64,000 nt of DNA from Candidatus Woesebacteria bacterium (GCA_013374835.1 CP055307.1:471315-535314); one strand, 5' to 3'; numbered from the stretch's first letter, positions 8,461-17,064 are shown. The notes: generated from the letters alone by a model not told the origin. Made by a program: numbers and translations.

Positions 8461-9809
8461 TATTCGTTTATCAGAATTATTTTTTCGATTTTGTGATTTG
8501 ATACTGAAATCGTATTTGAATAATAGGTAAATCCTGATGCTGTTGCTTCGAGAATATAGTTTTTGTTTTCAAGATCGGGAAAATAAATTTGCCCAAAGTC
8601 GGGATCATCGCTTATTCCTGCCGATCCGCTTGCTTCTATTTGATCGTTTAATTTAAGCATTGCAGAGACCGAAGCTATGGGATTTGCTGCGCTGTCTTCA
8701 AAAATTGTTAAAAGACTAAAAGGGGTTGACGGATCTGCAAGTGATATAAACACTTCTTTTTGTGTATTTGGCTCGAGTTTGATTGGAAGGTGCGGGTTAC
8801 TTCCTGCAAACACCCTTATAGAGTCATTTGGAAGTGTGACATGATAGTTGTCCCATTCGAAATTTTGGATTTGAATTTTTCCAGTTGAATCGGATACTAC
8901 GTCTTGCTCATATTTATAAACAGGTATATCTTCCTCTGTTGTTCCTATTATTTTTTCTCCTCTTAAGTGGATTGTTTGGTTTGCTAAAGGTGCAAATTCA
9001 GATTCTCTTGTATCTACTGTGTAAATTGTAAGATTACTTAGGCGGTCAATGCTAAATGATATTTCTGTAAGCTCATTTTCTATTATGGTCAAATGCGGTT
9101 TTGACGGATTGGCTATTTCGGCTGTTGAGTAAGTTTTTTCGGTGCTAAAGCCATCTTTTGTAATTGTTATTTGATAGCATTCCGTACAAGCCGGTGCGCC
9201 GGGTAAGATGACTTTTCCATCAGAGCCTGTCATTAAGTTTAGATCTACAGCTGGGGATAGTGTCGGCGCATATATTTGTACATTGGTTTGTGGGACTGGG
9301 TTTGAGTTTGAATCAAAAACGAGGATTGAGATAGTGCCGCCGCCGGTTTCTGTTTCGATACCTTTGGGCGATAGGTCAGTAATTAAAGTAACGGTGTTTC
9401 CCTTTGAAGCGGCTATTCCTCCCCAAGAGACATCGATCCTTGCTCTCTTATAGTCGTTTGGGAGAATATCATTTGGAGCTAAGCCGTCAAAAGGATCGTC
9501 AATGTAAACGACAGAAGTTTTAATTGTATAGGTAAGGCCGTTTTCTATTATGGTTTTTATTTGGGGTAGAATGCCTTGCGGAATTCCACCTATTGTGCCT
9601 ACTTTATCAAAGGGCATGTTCCTAATTGTTTCTATTTCATAGTTGGCGATGTGCTGGGCATTGGTTCTCGCTCTTGTATAAGAGATTGTATCGTAGGCTG
9701 AGAATACAAGAGTTATTACCGCTTGGGAGAGAATGCTAAAGATGCCGAGGGTTATTATTATTCCTATAAGTATTTGGCCTTTTTGACAATTTTGAGGGCG
9801 GGGCTTCAT
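8460..9809 (-). CDS. Large minor-pilin-like protein with a prepilin-like N-terminus
   Basis: 449 aa. N-terminus KGQILIGIIITLGIFSIL is a hydrophobic, pilin-like helix. First gene of the minus-strand operon. Confidence 0.5.
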   Translation of the reverse strand: MKPRPQNCQKGQILIGIIITLGIFSILSQAVITLVFSAYDTISYTRARTNAQHIANYEIETIRNMPFDKVGTIGGIPQGILPQIKTIIENGLTYTIKTSVVYIDDPFDGLAPNDILPNDYKRARIDVSWGGIAASKGNTVTLITDLSPKGIETETGGGTISILVFDSNSNPVPQTNVQIYAPTLSPAVDLNLMTGSDGKVILPGAPACTECYQITITKDGFSTEKTYSTAEIANPSKPHLTIIENELTEISFSIDRLSNLTIYTVDTRESEFAPLANQTIHLRGEKIIGTTEEDIPVYKYEQDVVSDSTGKIQIQNFEWDNYHVTLPNDSIRVFAGSNPHLPIKLEPNTQKEVFISLADPSTPFSLLTIFEDSAANPIASVSAMLKLNDQIEASGSAGISDDPDFGQIYFPDLENKNYILEATASGFTYYSNTISVSNHKIEKIILINE

Positions 9810-9830
9810 AAATTTAGTATATCATTTATA

Positions 9831-11270
9831 ATGAAAGTACCTGCCATGTTTCGAAAAGAATTTGTATCCATAGAGTTCGGCTCTAAATATCTGAAAATTT
9901 TTAAGCTTGACAGTGGAAAAAAGAAGCCGGTAAAAATGGCTAAATATGAAATACCGGCTGGATACATTGTTAATTATCGAATCCAAAAACCAAATGAGCT
10001 TACTTTGATTCTTAAAAAGGCGTGGAAAGAGCAAAAAATTAAGGAAAAATCCGTAGGTATAGTTATTCCTGAATTTTCGACTTACACAAAGGTTTTAACG
10101 CTTCCTAGGCTTTCGAGAAGTGAGCTTGATGAAGCGATAAGGTGGCAATCCCAGGATTTTTTGCCTGTCGGGGGCTCTGTGATGATTATGGATTGGCAGA
10201 TTATAAATGAGGATAAGGACACTTTGGATTATCAAATACTTGTGGCGGCGATAGAAAAGAGCGTTCTTTCCTCGTATGTTGAAGTTGTGAGCAAGGCGGG
10301 ACTTTTGCCTTTGGTTGTTGAAACTCCTTCTCTTTCTTTAACTAGGATATCGGATGGAGATGATACGGGAAAGCTTGTTATTTATGTTTCGTCGGATGAA
10401 ACAATAATAGTATTAGCAGAGGGTAAAAAGATAGTAGCTTCTTCTGTGGCAAGCTCAACTTCTCAGAATGAGATAATTCAAAGCGCTTTGAGGGTGGTTA
10501 ACCACTACAAAGCCACCAAAATTACAAGGGTTGTTTTGGGGGGTGTTAACCTTTCTCAGGATTTTTTTAATAATGTTGCCAATTCGTTTAAAGTAAAAGT
10601 ATTTCCTTTGGAGTATAAGGGTGTTTCTTTGGATTCCGGGAAGTTTCAGGAATATGCAATTGCTCTTTCTTTGCAGCTTAAAAATCCCGAGCAGCCTTCT
10701 GATGAATATTCTATTAATTTATTACCTCCTGTATGGGAGAAGCACTATAGAAGCAGGCTTCAGAGCATTCAGTATTGGACGCTTTCTTTGATAATATCTA
10801 TTTTTATTTGGAGCTATTTTATATCGGTTGTCGGGGTTTATTTTGCACTTTCAATGAAAGCGGAAAGCTTAGGCTCATTACAGAATGTCGCTAAGACAGG
10901 TGAAGCAGAGGCTGTATTTACTAACATAAAAGATATAAACAATATTATTACAAAAGTATCTTTAATAGGCGATAAGACAAAGCAGCCTCAGGAATTGATA
11001 AACAAAATTGAATCGAGGAAAGTTGGTGGAATAAGTATAAATTATTATGATATTAATTTTGATAAAAGCGTGGTGAGTGTCCGGGGTAGAGCGTCTGATC
11101 GGGGTGCGCTTTTGGCCTTTAAGCAGTCTTTGGAGGAGGATGCTGATTTTTCAGAGATTGACTTGCCGGTTAGTAGTTTGGTAAATCAAACTGATATTGA
11201 ATTTGATCTTTCTTTTGGGTATTTACCAATGAAGGAGAAAGAAAGTCAGAAAATAAAGCTTGATATTTGA
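9831..11270 (+). CDS. pilM: Type IV pilus assembly PilM-PilN fusion protein
   Basis: The ATG at 9831 (MKVPAMFRKE) is the likely true start. The track ORF at 9723 would overlap the divergent upstream gene. The N-terminal ~340 aa look like the actin-like PilM. A TM helix near residue 350 (YWTLSLIISIFIWSYFISVVGVYF) and a periplasmic tail are PilN-like. Confidence 0.65.
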   Translation: MKVPAMFRKEFVSIEFGSKYLKIFKLDSGKKKPVKMAKYEIPAGYIVNYRIQKPNELTLILKKAWKEQKIKEKSVGIVIPEFSTYTKVLTLPRLSRSELDEAIRWQSQDFLPVGGSVMIMDWQIINEDKDTLDYQILVAAIEKSVLSSYVEVVSKAGLLPLVVETPSLSLTRISDGDDTGKLVIYVSSDETIIVLAEGKKIVASSVASSTSQNEIIQSALRVVNHYKATKITRVVLGGVNLSQDFFNNVANSFKVKVFPLEYKGVSLDSGKFQEYAIALSLQLKNPEQPSDEYSINLLPPVWEKHYRSRLQSIQYWTLSLIISIFIWSYFISVVGVYFALSMKAESLGSLQNVAKTGEAEAVFTNIKDINNIITKVSLIGDKTKQPQELINKIESRKVGGISINYYDINFDKSVVSVRGRASDRGALLAFKQSLEEDADFSEIDLPVSSLVNQTDIEFDLSFGYLPMKEKESQKIKLDI

Positions 11271-11884
11271 TTGTTATGGATAAGAAAACAAACCAGCTCG
11301 TGAGCCCTCAAGCTCAGTCCGTGCCGATAAAAAAACCGGAAGTGCTTGATATCCCGGTGGCGAGCAAGCATAGAGAAAAAAAGCTTTATATTAAAGTTTT
11401 TGCTTTAAATATTGTGAACGCTATTTTGATAGTTTTAATCTCTGTGTTTTTGAGTAGGCTTTCTGTTAAAGCGGAGGAGGTAAAGGAGCTTCGGCATAAA
11501 GTGCTTCTTTCGCAGGAGAGTTCTGAGGTATCTTTTTCAAAGGCGGAGATTGAAAAAAATCGTGAGAAAATTTCAAAAATTAAGTCGCTTTTTGCAAATG
11601 AACAAAAAATACTTGATCTTTATGCCGAGATGGATGTATTAAAAAATGAGGGTGTTGTTACTGACTTTCGTTTGCTAAATGACAAGCCTGTTACTGATTT
11701 GGGGGCTAAGGCTTTGCCGATTTTTATTGGATTTAGAGGTGATGTAGAGCGGATAAGCTCGGCGATTAATAAGATCTATTTAATGTCTTATTTAATCAGG
11801 CCGGTCAGATTTGAATTGACTAAAAACACCGAAAGCGGGGAGATTGAGGTTTCATACGGAGCGATGCTATATGTTTCGGAATAA
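11267..11884 (+). CDS. PilO-like pilus assembly protein
   Basis: 205 aa with a single TM helix, a coiled-coil region and a periplasmic domain. Translationally coupled to pilMN. Confidence 0.4.
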   Translation: MIVMDKKTNQLVSPQAQSVPIKKPEVLDIPVASKHREKKLYIKVFALNIVNAILIVLISVFLSRLSVKAEEVKELRHKVLLSQESSEVSFSKAEIEKNREKISKIKSLFANEQKILDLYAEMDVLKNEGVVTDFRLLNDKPVTDLGAKALPIFIGFRGDVERISSAINKIYLMSYLIRPVRFELTKNTESGEIEVSYGAMLYVSE

Positions 11885-12110
11885 ATTAAGGTTAACCAGG
11901 TTTTATGTGTATTTGCTTATTGTAATGGCTACTTTGGCTATTGTAGCAATTTTTGTGCTGAGAAGTATTTTTAATGCTGTTGAGACTGCTACAAAGATAG
12001 ACCAGGATTTTTTGGAGAATTTTTCGCCCAGACTTGATATGGCCGGATTGGATAAAGTTTATGAGAAGAATTTTAATAAGCAGCCGATAGGTCTTGACTT
12101 GGCTGAATAG
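11844..12110 (+). CDS. Small single-TM protein (possible PilP-like or accessory protein)
   Basis: 88-aa ORF; TM helix LLIVMATLAIVAIFVL. Confidence 0.3.
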   Translation: MRFHTERCYMFRNKLRLTRFYVYLLIVMATLAIVAIFVLRSIFNAVETATKIDQDFLENFSPRLDMAGLDKVYEKNFNKQPIGLDLAE

Positions 12111-12163
12111 ATATGTGTACAAATAATATATAGGGTAAGCAAAGGAGGTGAGATTATTAGATT

Positions 12164-12664
12164 ATGGATAGAACACTTAAAAAGGGTTTTACGCTTATCG
12201 AGCTTTTGGTAGTAATCGGTATTATAGGCATTTTGGCTGCAATTGTATTGGTGGCTGTAAATCCGGGACGACAGTTTGCCCAGGCTAGAAATACCACAAG
12301 ACAGTCTGATTTGATTCAAGTTACAAATGCTGTTTATCAGTTTGCTGCTGAGCATAATGGAAATTTGCCTGGAACTAGTTTTGATCCTAATACAGGAGCA
12401 CCTAATTTTCCGACAACTGCAACTTGTATAGGAAATGCAGCAACATGTTTTGATTTAGCAAACGCTGGAGCTGATGAGGATGGAGATGGTGTGGTGGATG
12501 ATGGAACCACTATTGTTCCTACTTATATCGCACAATTGCCTGAAGACCCTCAGTCAGGTAATGCGCCGACAAATACAGGTTATGAGATATTTACGACAAA
12601 CAGTCGTGTAACGGCAAACGCGCCAGGTGCAGAATTGGATGAAACAATATCGGTTACTAGGTAA
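12164..12664 (+). CDS. pilA: Type IV major pilin (PilA-like)
   Basis: KKGFTLIELLVVIGIIGILAAIVLVA is a canonical prepilin leader plus the conserved N-terminal helix with E5. Strong SD AAAGGAGGTGA at 12139-12150. Confidence 0.85.
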   Translation: MDRTLKKGFTLIELLVVIGIIGILAAIVLVAVNPGRQFAQARNTTRQSDLIQVTNAVYQFAAEHNGNLPGTSFDPNTGAPNFPTTATCIGNAATCFDLANAGADEDGDGVVDDGTTIVPTYIAQLPEDPQSGNAPTNTGYEIFTTNSRVTANAPGAELDETISVTR

Positions 12665-12666
12665 GG

Positions 12667-12720
12667 AAAAAGAGAAGTACCTGCCCCAATGTGAGTAAGG
12701 ACTTCTCTTTTTTATTTGTT
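12667..12720 (+). terminator. Rho-independent terminator after pilA
   Basis: aaaagagaagt (12668-12678) pairs with acttctctttt (12701-12711), leaving a 22-nt loop, and is followed by TTTTTATTTGTTTTT. Confidence 0.6.
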
Positions 12721-12756
12721 TTTATAGGGCGATTTTGTTGTAGAATTATAAATTAG

Positions 12757-13593
12757 ATGCAGCGTATAAGAAAAATAGTTTTTTTCTTAGCAAACGAGTT
12801 TGTTTATAATGGCCATCTTCAGTCTATAAGTGCGTCAAGTGTCGTGTATTTTTCTTATATTTTTATTTTTCAACAATCAGTTAATTACGATATTCTTTTT
12901 GTGATTTATCTTCTTTTTGAATCGATATTTCTTTTTGATAGATTTAAGGACATAGAGATAGATAAATCTACAAATATGGAGAGATTTAGACATATAAGTA
13001 GATATCGAGAAAAGACGAATATAATATTAATTAGTTTTCTTTTTTTGCTTTTTTCAATACTTATTATTAAAAATAATTTTTGGTTTACTATTTATATAGC
13101 TGGAGTTATTATATTGGGTTTTTTGTATCCGGTTTATTTTAAGAAAGTTACTTCTAAAATTTATTTCTTCAAGAATTTTTATGTATCCAGCGTATATGCT
13201 ACCCTCGCTTTTGTTCCTGCTATTTTTGTGGGTGATTTCAACGAGCATAGCGTTTTTGTTTTTTCGCTTTATGTTTTTTATGAAATGTTTTTTTCTCAGA
13301 TGTGTTTGGATTTTAAGGACATTAAGACAGATGAAGAGCGGTCACTAAAAACTCTTCCCATTGTTTTTGGTAAGAAAAATGCTTTATATTTCCTTTTTTT
13401 GTTAGTTTATTTGTCTCCTATTTTTATTTATTTCGCAGATGATTCAATTGTGATGACTAAACTGGTAATTAGTATGGTTGTAACAAATATAATGATTTTG
13501 GTAATGGTTAAGAAAAATATTTTATATGGATATTTTCTGGCTGCAGGAAAATTTATTTTATGGTATTTAGTGGCTTTGGCGTTAAATATTTAA
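12757..13593 (+). CDS. UbiA-family prenyltransferase
   Basis: 278 aa, polytopic. Two Asp-rich motifs, FDRFKDIEIDK and DFKDIKTDEERSLKTLPIVFG, match the UbiA signature DxxDxxxD...TLP..G. Confidence 0.5.
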   Translation: MQRIRKIVFFLANEFVYNGHLQSISASSVVYFSYIFIFQQSVNYDILFVIYLLFESIFLFDRFKDIEIDKSTNMERFRHISRYREKTNIILISFLFLLFSILIIKNNFWFTIYIAGVIILGFLYPVYFKKVTSKIYFFKNFYVSSVYATLAFVPAIFVGDFNEHSVFVFSLYVFYEMFFSQMCLDFKDIKTDEERSLKTLPIVFGKKNALYFLFLLVYLSPIFIYFADDSIVMTKLVISMVVTNIMILVMVKKNILYGYFLAAGKFILWYLVALALNI

Positions 13594-13594
13594 T

Positions 13595-15196
13595 ATGAAT
13601 AATATTTCGACTTTGAATATTAGAGATTTGTCAATTTTTAATTATATAGCAATAACAATTATTAATTTTATTGTATTTATTTTGTTGGTTACAGTCTTTT
13701 TGCACGGTAGATTTAAAGATAAAAAGAGCAAAACATTCGTTCTTATGAGTTTTTTTATGCTTGCTTGGGTGGATTTTGCTTTTTTGGCAAGAATTTTTGG
13801 GTTTTATCAAAATATTTCTTTAATTTTTTTGAGGATTGCCTGGATTGCCACACCCCCTTTGTTTTTTAGCACTTACTTAATATCCATTTTGATGGTTGAA
13901 AAAGATCGTGCGTATAAATATTTGACGCTAATTTTATTAATTATAACTTCCGTTTTAAGCTTTTTGACGGCTTTTACGGATTTAATTATTAGCGGTGTTA
14001 AATTTAAGGACGGGACGCTCGATATAATCTATGGGTATGGTTTTTTTCCCTTTTTGTTTCTTATTTTGGGGATTATGGTTTCTACGGTTGTGCCCATTCT
14101 TCGATCTCATATTAACAAAAGAACTAGATATTTTTTAGTGGGAGTTATTGTTTTTTATTTAGCGAATAGTGTTTTTAATATTGGATTACCGGTATTTAAA
14201 GGGTTTACAAGCTATTATTACTTAGGTGATTATTCTACTAGTATACTTCTTGGGTTTACGGCATATTCAATAATAAGACATAAATTATTTGATATTAAAG
14301 TCATTGGAGTTGAGGTTCTTACTGTTTTGATTTGGGCTGTTCTTTTGTCTGAGATATTTGTTGCTAAAGATTTTAATGAATTGCTGATAGATTTTGTTTT
14401 ATTGATTTTGACAGTAATATTTGGTTTTTTCTTAATAAGGAATGTTTTAAGAGAAGTTGAACAAAAGAAAGAGCTTGAGGGGTTGAATCGGAAACTTAAA
14501 GAGCTGGACCAGGTTAAGAATGAGTTTATTTCTGTTGCCGCGCATGAGCTTCGAGCGCCTTTGACTGCTGTTAAGGGATACTTGTCTATGATATTGGATG
14601 GGGATGCGGGTACGATAACAGCTCAAACAAGGGATTTTTTGCAGGATATTCAGCTTTCTACAGAGCGGATGATACGGCTTGTTAGTAATATGCTTGATGT
14701 GGGAAGGATTGAGGAAGGAAGGATCGCTTATAATCTTGAGGATGTTAATTTGACTGAAATAGTTAATACGGCTTACAGCGAGTTTAAACTGGAAGCAGAG
14801 AGAAAGAATCTTAAGTTTACGTTAGATATCCAAAGTAATGTGCGGGACCGTGTACATGTCGATCGTGATAGGCTTCATGAGGTGGTTGTTAATTTTCTAA
14901 GTAATGCTACTAAATATACAGAGACGGGTGGGATTACTATGAAACTATTTAATAAAGGTTTGAAAATCGTGAGGCTTGAGGTTATTGATACTGGAATGGG
15001 TATATCAAAGGAGGAACAAAAAAAACTTTTTAGGAAGTTTTATAGAGTTAAATCAAAAGTTGGTAAGACAATAGGCAGTGGACTGGGGCTTTATATCTCA
15101 AAGCTTTTAATTGAGAAGTTTGAGGGGAATATTGGTGTGGATTCTGAGCCTGGGAAGGGAAGTAATTTTTGGTTTGAACTGCCAGTTTCTTCTTGA
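13595..15196 (+). CDS. Sensor histidine kinase with a multi-TM N-terminal sensor domain
   Basis: 533 aa with about 7 N-terminal TM helices. H-box HELRAPLTAVKGY and HATPase_c N/G boxes (NAtKYT, DtGmGI, GsGLGL). Confidence 0.85.
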   Translation: MNNISTLNIRDLSIFNYIAITIINFIVFILLVTVFLHGRFKDKKSKTFVLMSFFMLAWVDFAFLARIFGFYQNISLIFLRIAWIATPPLFFSTYLISILMVEKDRAYKYLTLILLIITSVLSFLTAFTDLIISGVKFKDGTLDIIYGYGFFPFLFLILGIMVSTVVPILRSHINKRTRYFLVGVIVFYLANSVFNIGLPVFKGFTSYYYLGDYSTSILLGFTAYSIIRHKLFDIKVIGVEVLTVLIWAVLLSEIFVAKDFNELLIDFVLLILTVIFGFFLIRNVLREVEQKKELEGLNRKLKELDQVKNEFISVAAHELRAPLTAVKGYLSMILDGDAGTITAQTRDFLQDIQLSTERMIRLVSNMLDVGRIEEGRIAYNLEDVNLTEIVNTAYSEFKLEAERKNLKFTLDIQSNVRDRVHVDRDRLHEVVVNFLSNATKYTETGGITMKLFNKGLKIVRLEVIDTGMGISKEEQKKLFRKFYRVKSKVGKTIGSGLGLYISKLLIEKFEGNIGVDSEPGKGSNFWFELPVSS

Positions 15197-15480
15197 CTTC
15201 TTCTTCTGCTAATCTACTCCCCAAAGCGTGCAAAGAACGCTTTGCACTTTGAAACGGCTTGGGTTTTTAGGCCAAAACTTCAAAGGCCAATTTTCTAGCC
15301 TCATGCCTATCTAAGTCGGCTGGCTCCCAAAAGCGGGAGAAAAACAAGCCAAAAACCAAAAAAGGCCACTGAGTTAGAAAAAGCCTAAGAAGTAATGCCC
15401 CAAAAACCCCAAGGAAGCTCTCATTCTCCGCCCAATCTTGGGCAACCAGCTGGAAGGAATCCAGAAAGCAGGAGGGTCTG
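15193..15480 (+). repeat. Repeat B copy 1: conserved GC-rich ~290-bp leader element
   Basis: About 80-85% identical to 18331-18629 and 20159-20465. It begins TTGACT-(CTT)3CTG-CTAATCT and contains the palindrome GTGCAAAGaacgCTTTGCAC and the CTCCCaaaagcGGGAG hairpin. It ends in AGGAGG, 5 nt upstream of the small-ORF start. Confidence 0.8.
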
Positions 15481-15744
15481 ATGGGAGACAAAGATCCTCG
15501 AGACGAAACTCCTAAGGGATGGGAATGGCGTTTTGGTGGACCACCTCGAGATATGGCTCCTGGCCAGTACATGGAGCGAGCAGGTTCACTTGGGGGTGGA
15601 ATAGTAGTAGAGTACACTTCCGTCCCAACGCCAGATGGTGAAATGCTCATCCAGAAAACCTCCGAAATGCGTAACGGTCGTCCGATTGAAGCCGGACACG
15701 CTACTCGCCACGGTGGGAAGTGGTTTGACCGTTATCCGGAGTAA
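15481..15744 (+). CDS. Small GC-rich protein s1 (87 aa)
   Basis: Perfect SD AGGAGG, 5 nt, ATG. Gly/Pro-rich. Weak motif similarity to the s2 and 16301 ORFs. Confidence 0.4.
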   Translation: MGDKDPRDETPKGWEWRFGGPPRDMAPGQYMERAGSLGGGIVVEYTSVPTPDGEMLIQKTSEMRNGRPIEAGHATRHGGKWFDRYPE

Positions 15745-15781
15745 CAGGGGTTTCCAAAACTGAATAGTAGCCTATATTATA

Positions 15782-15859
15782 AAAGGGAATTGCTGCATTG
15801 TGCAGTTATCATGTTGGCTACCATGAGAAGATTCTACTATCTCAATTCCCTTTTTCTTT
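15782..15859 (+). terminator. Terminator-like long hairpin after s1
   Basis: aagggaattg (15782-15791) pairs with caattccctt (15843-15852) and is followed by TTTCTTT. The loop contains an inner hairpin ctgcattgtgcag. Confidence 0.35.
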
Positions 15860-15865
15860 AACACA

Positions 15866-16258
15866 ATGTGCAAAAGCAAAGAACAAACTTTAGCCAATCA
15901 ATTCATTTTAAAAGGGCTAAAAACACCGCTAGATCCAAAAAGATACTGGGCGCCTTTAGAAGATTCTGTGCTAATGTTGCTTGACGATTTCTTTAATAAA
16001 AAGATTGACACAAAAACAACAGGGAAGATAGGGAAGATTTTATATGAATTTCAATACTTTACATATGAACTTTATTGTGTAGATCCAGAACTTTTTAAGG
16101 TATTAGACTATCTAGTCGTTTTATATAATCCATCTGTCTTAAGGACTAAGGCTAAAAATAGTGTGAAGATTAGGCAAGCAGTAAAATTGCTTAAAAATTA
16201 TTACGAAAGCAAAAAATCGCGCGTTGATTTTTTGAGAGTTTATTTTAGTAAACAGTAA
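15866..16258 (+). CDS. Hypothetical protein, ~130-aa paralog family (member 1)
   Basis: 130 aa. Its C-terminal pattern (..YF.YEL....P......YI..) resembles that of the 16580 and 21788 ORFs. Confidence 0.45.
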   Translation: MCKSKEQTLANQFILKGLKTPLDPKRYWAPLEDSVLMLLDDFFNKKIDTKTTGKIGKILYEFQYFTYELYCVDPELFKVLDYLVVLYNPSVLRTKAKNSVKIRQAVKLLKNYYESKKSRVDFLRVYFSKQ

Positions 16259-16300
16259 AACAACCAAAGTGCTTTACTCTTTCTCATCCTTATTTAAGCA

Positions 16301-16474
16301 ATGCCTGACATTGGAGCAAGTACCCACTTTGATGAGGGAAAAGGTGGATCCGATCACCAAACTGTTTATGGTGATGGATGGCACCGCTCTTGGGACATCG
16401 ACCGAGACAACAACGTCACCCGCGATCACATCACAATCCATTGGGATAGTGGCAACCAAGTCCTGAAGGACTAG
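16301..16474 (+). CDS. Possible small GC-rich ORF (57 aa), a candidate fourth member of the s1/s2 small-protein family
   Basis: Hand translation gives MPDIGASTHFDEGKGGSDHQTVYGDGWHRSWDIDRDNNVTRDHITIHWDSGNQVLKD. It shares GW.(W/R)..(F/W)...RD and TR.H...W(F)D motifs with s1. All three frames are open here, so the coding call is uncertain. Confidence 0.2.
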   Translation: MPDIGASTHFDEGKGGSDHQTVYGDGWHRSWDIDRDNNVTRDHITIHWDSGNQVLKD

Positions 16475-16493
16475 CGCACTTTCCCTTTACCAA

Positions 16494-16552
16494 GGAAGGG
16501 TGCCTTTTGAGGTCACCAATGTGTGAGGATTAACCCACCCTTCCTTTTTTTA
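16494..16552 (+). terminator. Rho-independent terminator with a long loop
   Basis: GGAAGGGTG (16494-16502) pairs with CACCCTTCC (16536-16544) and is followed by TTTTTTTATTT. Confidence 0.45.
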
Positions 16553-16579
16553 TTTATAATATCAGTATTAATTAAATAC

Positions 16580-16912
16580 ATGGATTTTGAAGATTTATTT
16601 AATAAATACCTTGCAAATCAGCTTAAAAGAAAGATGACTGAACATGATGCAAGAGAGATATTTGAAAAAGCTGCAAAGGATTATTTTTCAAAAAAAATTA
16701 GTCTTGACTTTCTCATAGGCATAGCCACACAACTTTATTTTGAGCTTCTGAAGCCGTCTGATTATACAGGAGGGGTATTTCATAATTTAATTGAAAAAAC
16801 TGCGGATTTAGATTTTTATATTGAGGAATCTAAAAAGGGAGATAAAGAAGCAAAGAGGTACATCAAAGAATACTTTTCTGAATTAAGAGAATATATAAGT
16901 AAAGCCTCATAA
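16580..16912 (+). CDS. Hypothetical protein, ~130-aa paralog family (member 2)
   Basis: The ATG at 16580 (MDFEDLF) is preferred over the track GTG at 16523, which lies inside the terminator. Similar to 21788-22186 (DLDFYIEESKKGDKEAKRYIKEYFSELREYI vs SASDFVFFLQKNDSESKKRTKAIIKELKSYYI). Confidence 0.45.
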   Translation: MDFEDLFNKYLANQLKRKMTEHDAREIFEKAAKDYFSKKISLDFLIGIATQLYFELLKPSDYTGGVFHNLIEKTADLDFYIEESKKGDKEAKRYIKEYFSELREYISKAS

Positions 16913-16964
16913 TTCCTTGTAATTTGAATTTGTATTAACACTTGTTTTTCATCCAACTAAATAT

Positions 16965-17031
16965 AAACTCTGGGTGGAGAAAGAGTGGGTCCCCAGTCCT
17001 AGCAAATACCAATAGGTATTACTCTTTCTCC
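16965..17031 (+). repeat. Repeat A copy 1: conserved structured hairpin element
   Basis: About 90% identical to 18879-18944. An 11-bp stem GGAGAAAGAGT/ACTCTTTCTCC encloses a conserved ~35-nt loop with an inner AATACCaataGGTATT hairpin and a CUGGG...CCCAG pairing. Confidence 0.7.
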
Positions 17032-17064
17032 ATATTTGTCTTTGAAGTAAAATTAAAAGTCAAG

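Noticed and set aside
15267-15650. 127-aa minus-strand ORF, and the similar 20283-20669 / 20339-20653 minus-strand ORFs sharing ..FQLVA(Q/R)DWAENES(F/L)LGVF..
   Set aside because: They lie antisense across repeat B. Their mutual similarity is simply the nucleotide-level conservation of the repeat, read in an open GC-rich frame. No start or SD context supports them.
16523-16579. GTG 16523 start for the 16580 gene
   Set aside because: It lies inside the GGAAGGGTG/CACCCTTCC terminator hairpin and T-tract. ATG 16580 (MDFEDLF) is preferred.
16942-17064. Track start (TTG 16942) for peptidase paralog 1
   Set aside because: That start would translate straight through the conserved hairpin element repeat A. 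The ATG at 17065 gives an N-terminus that lines up with paralog 2.
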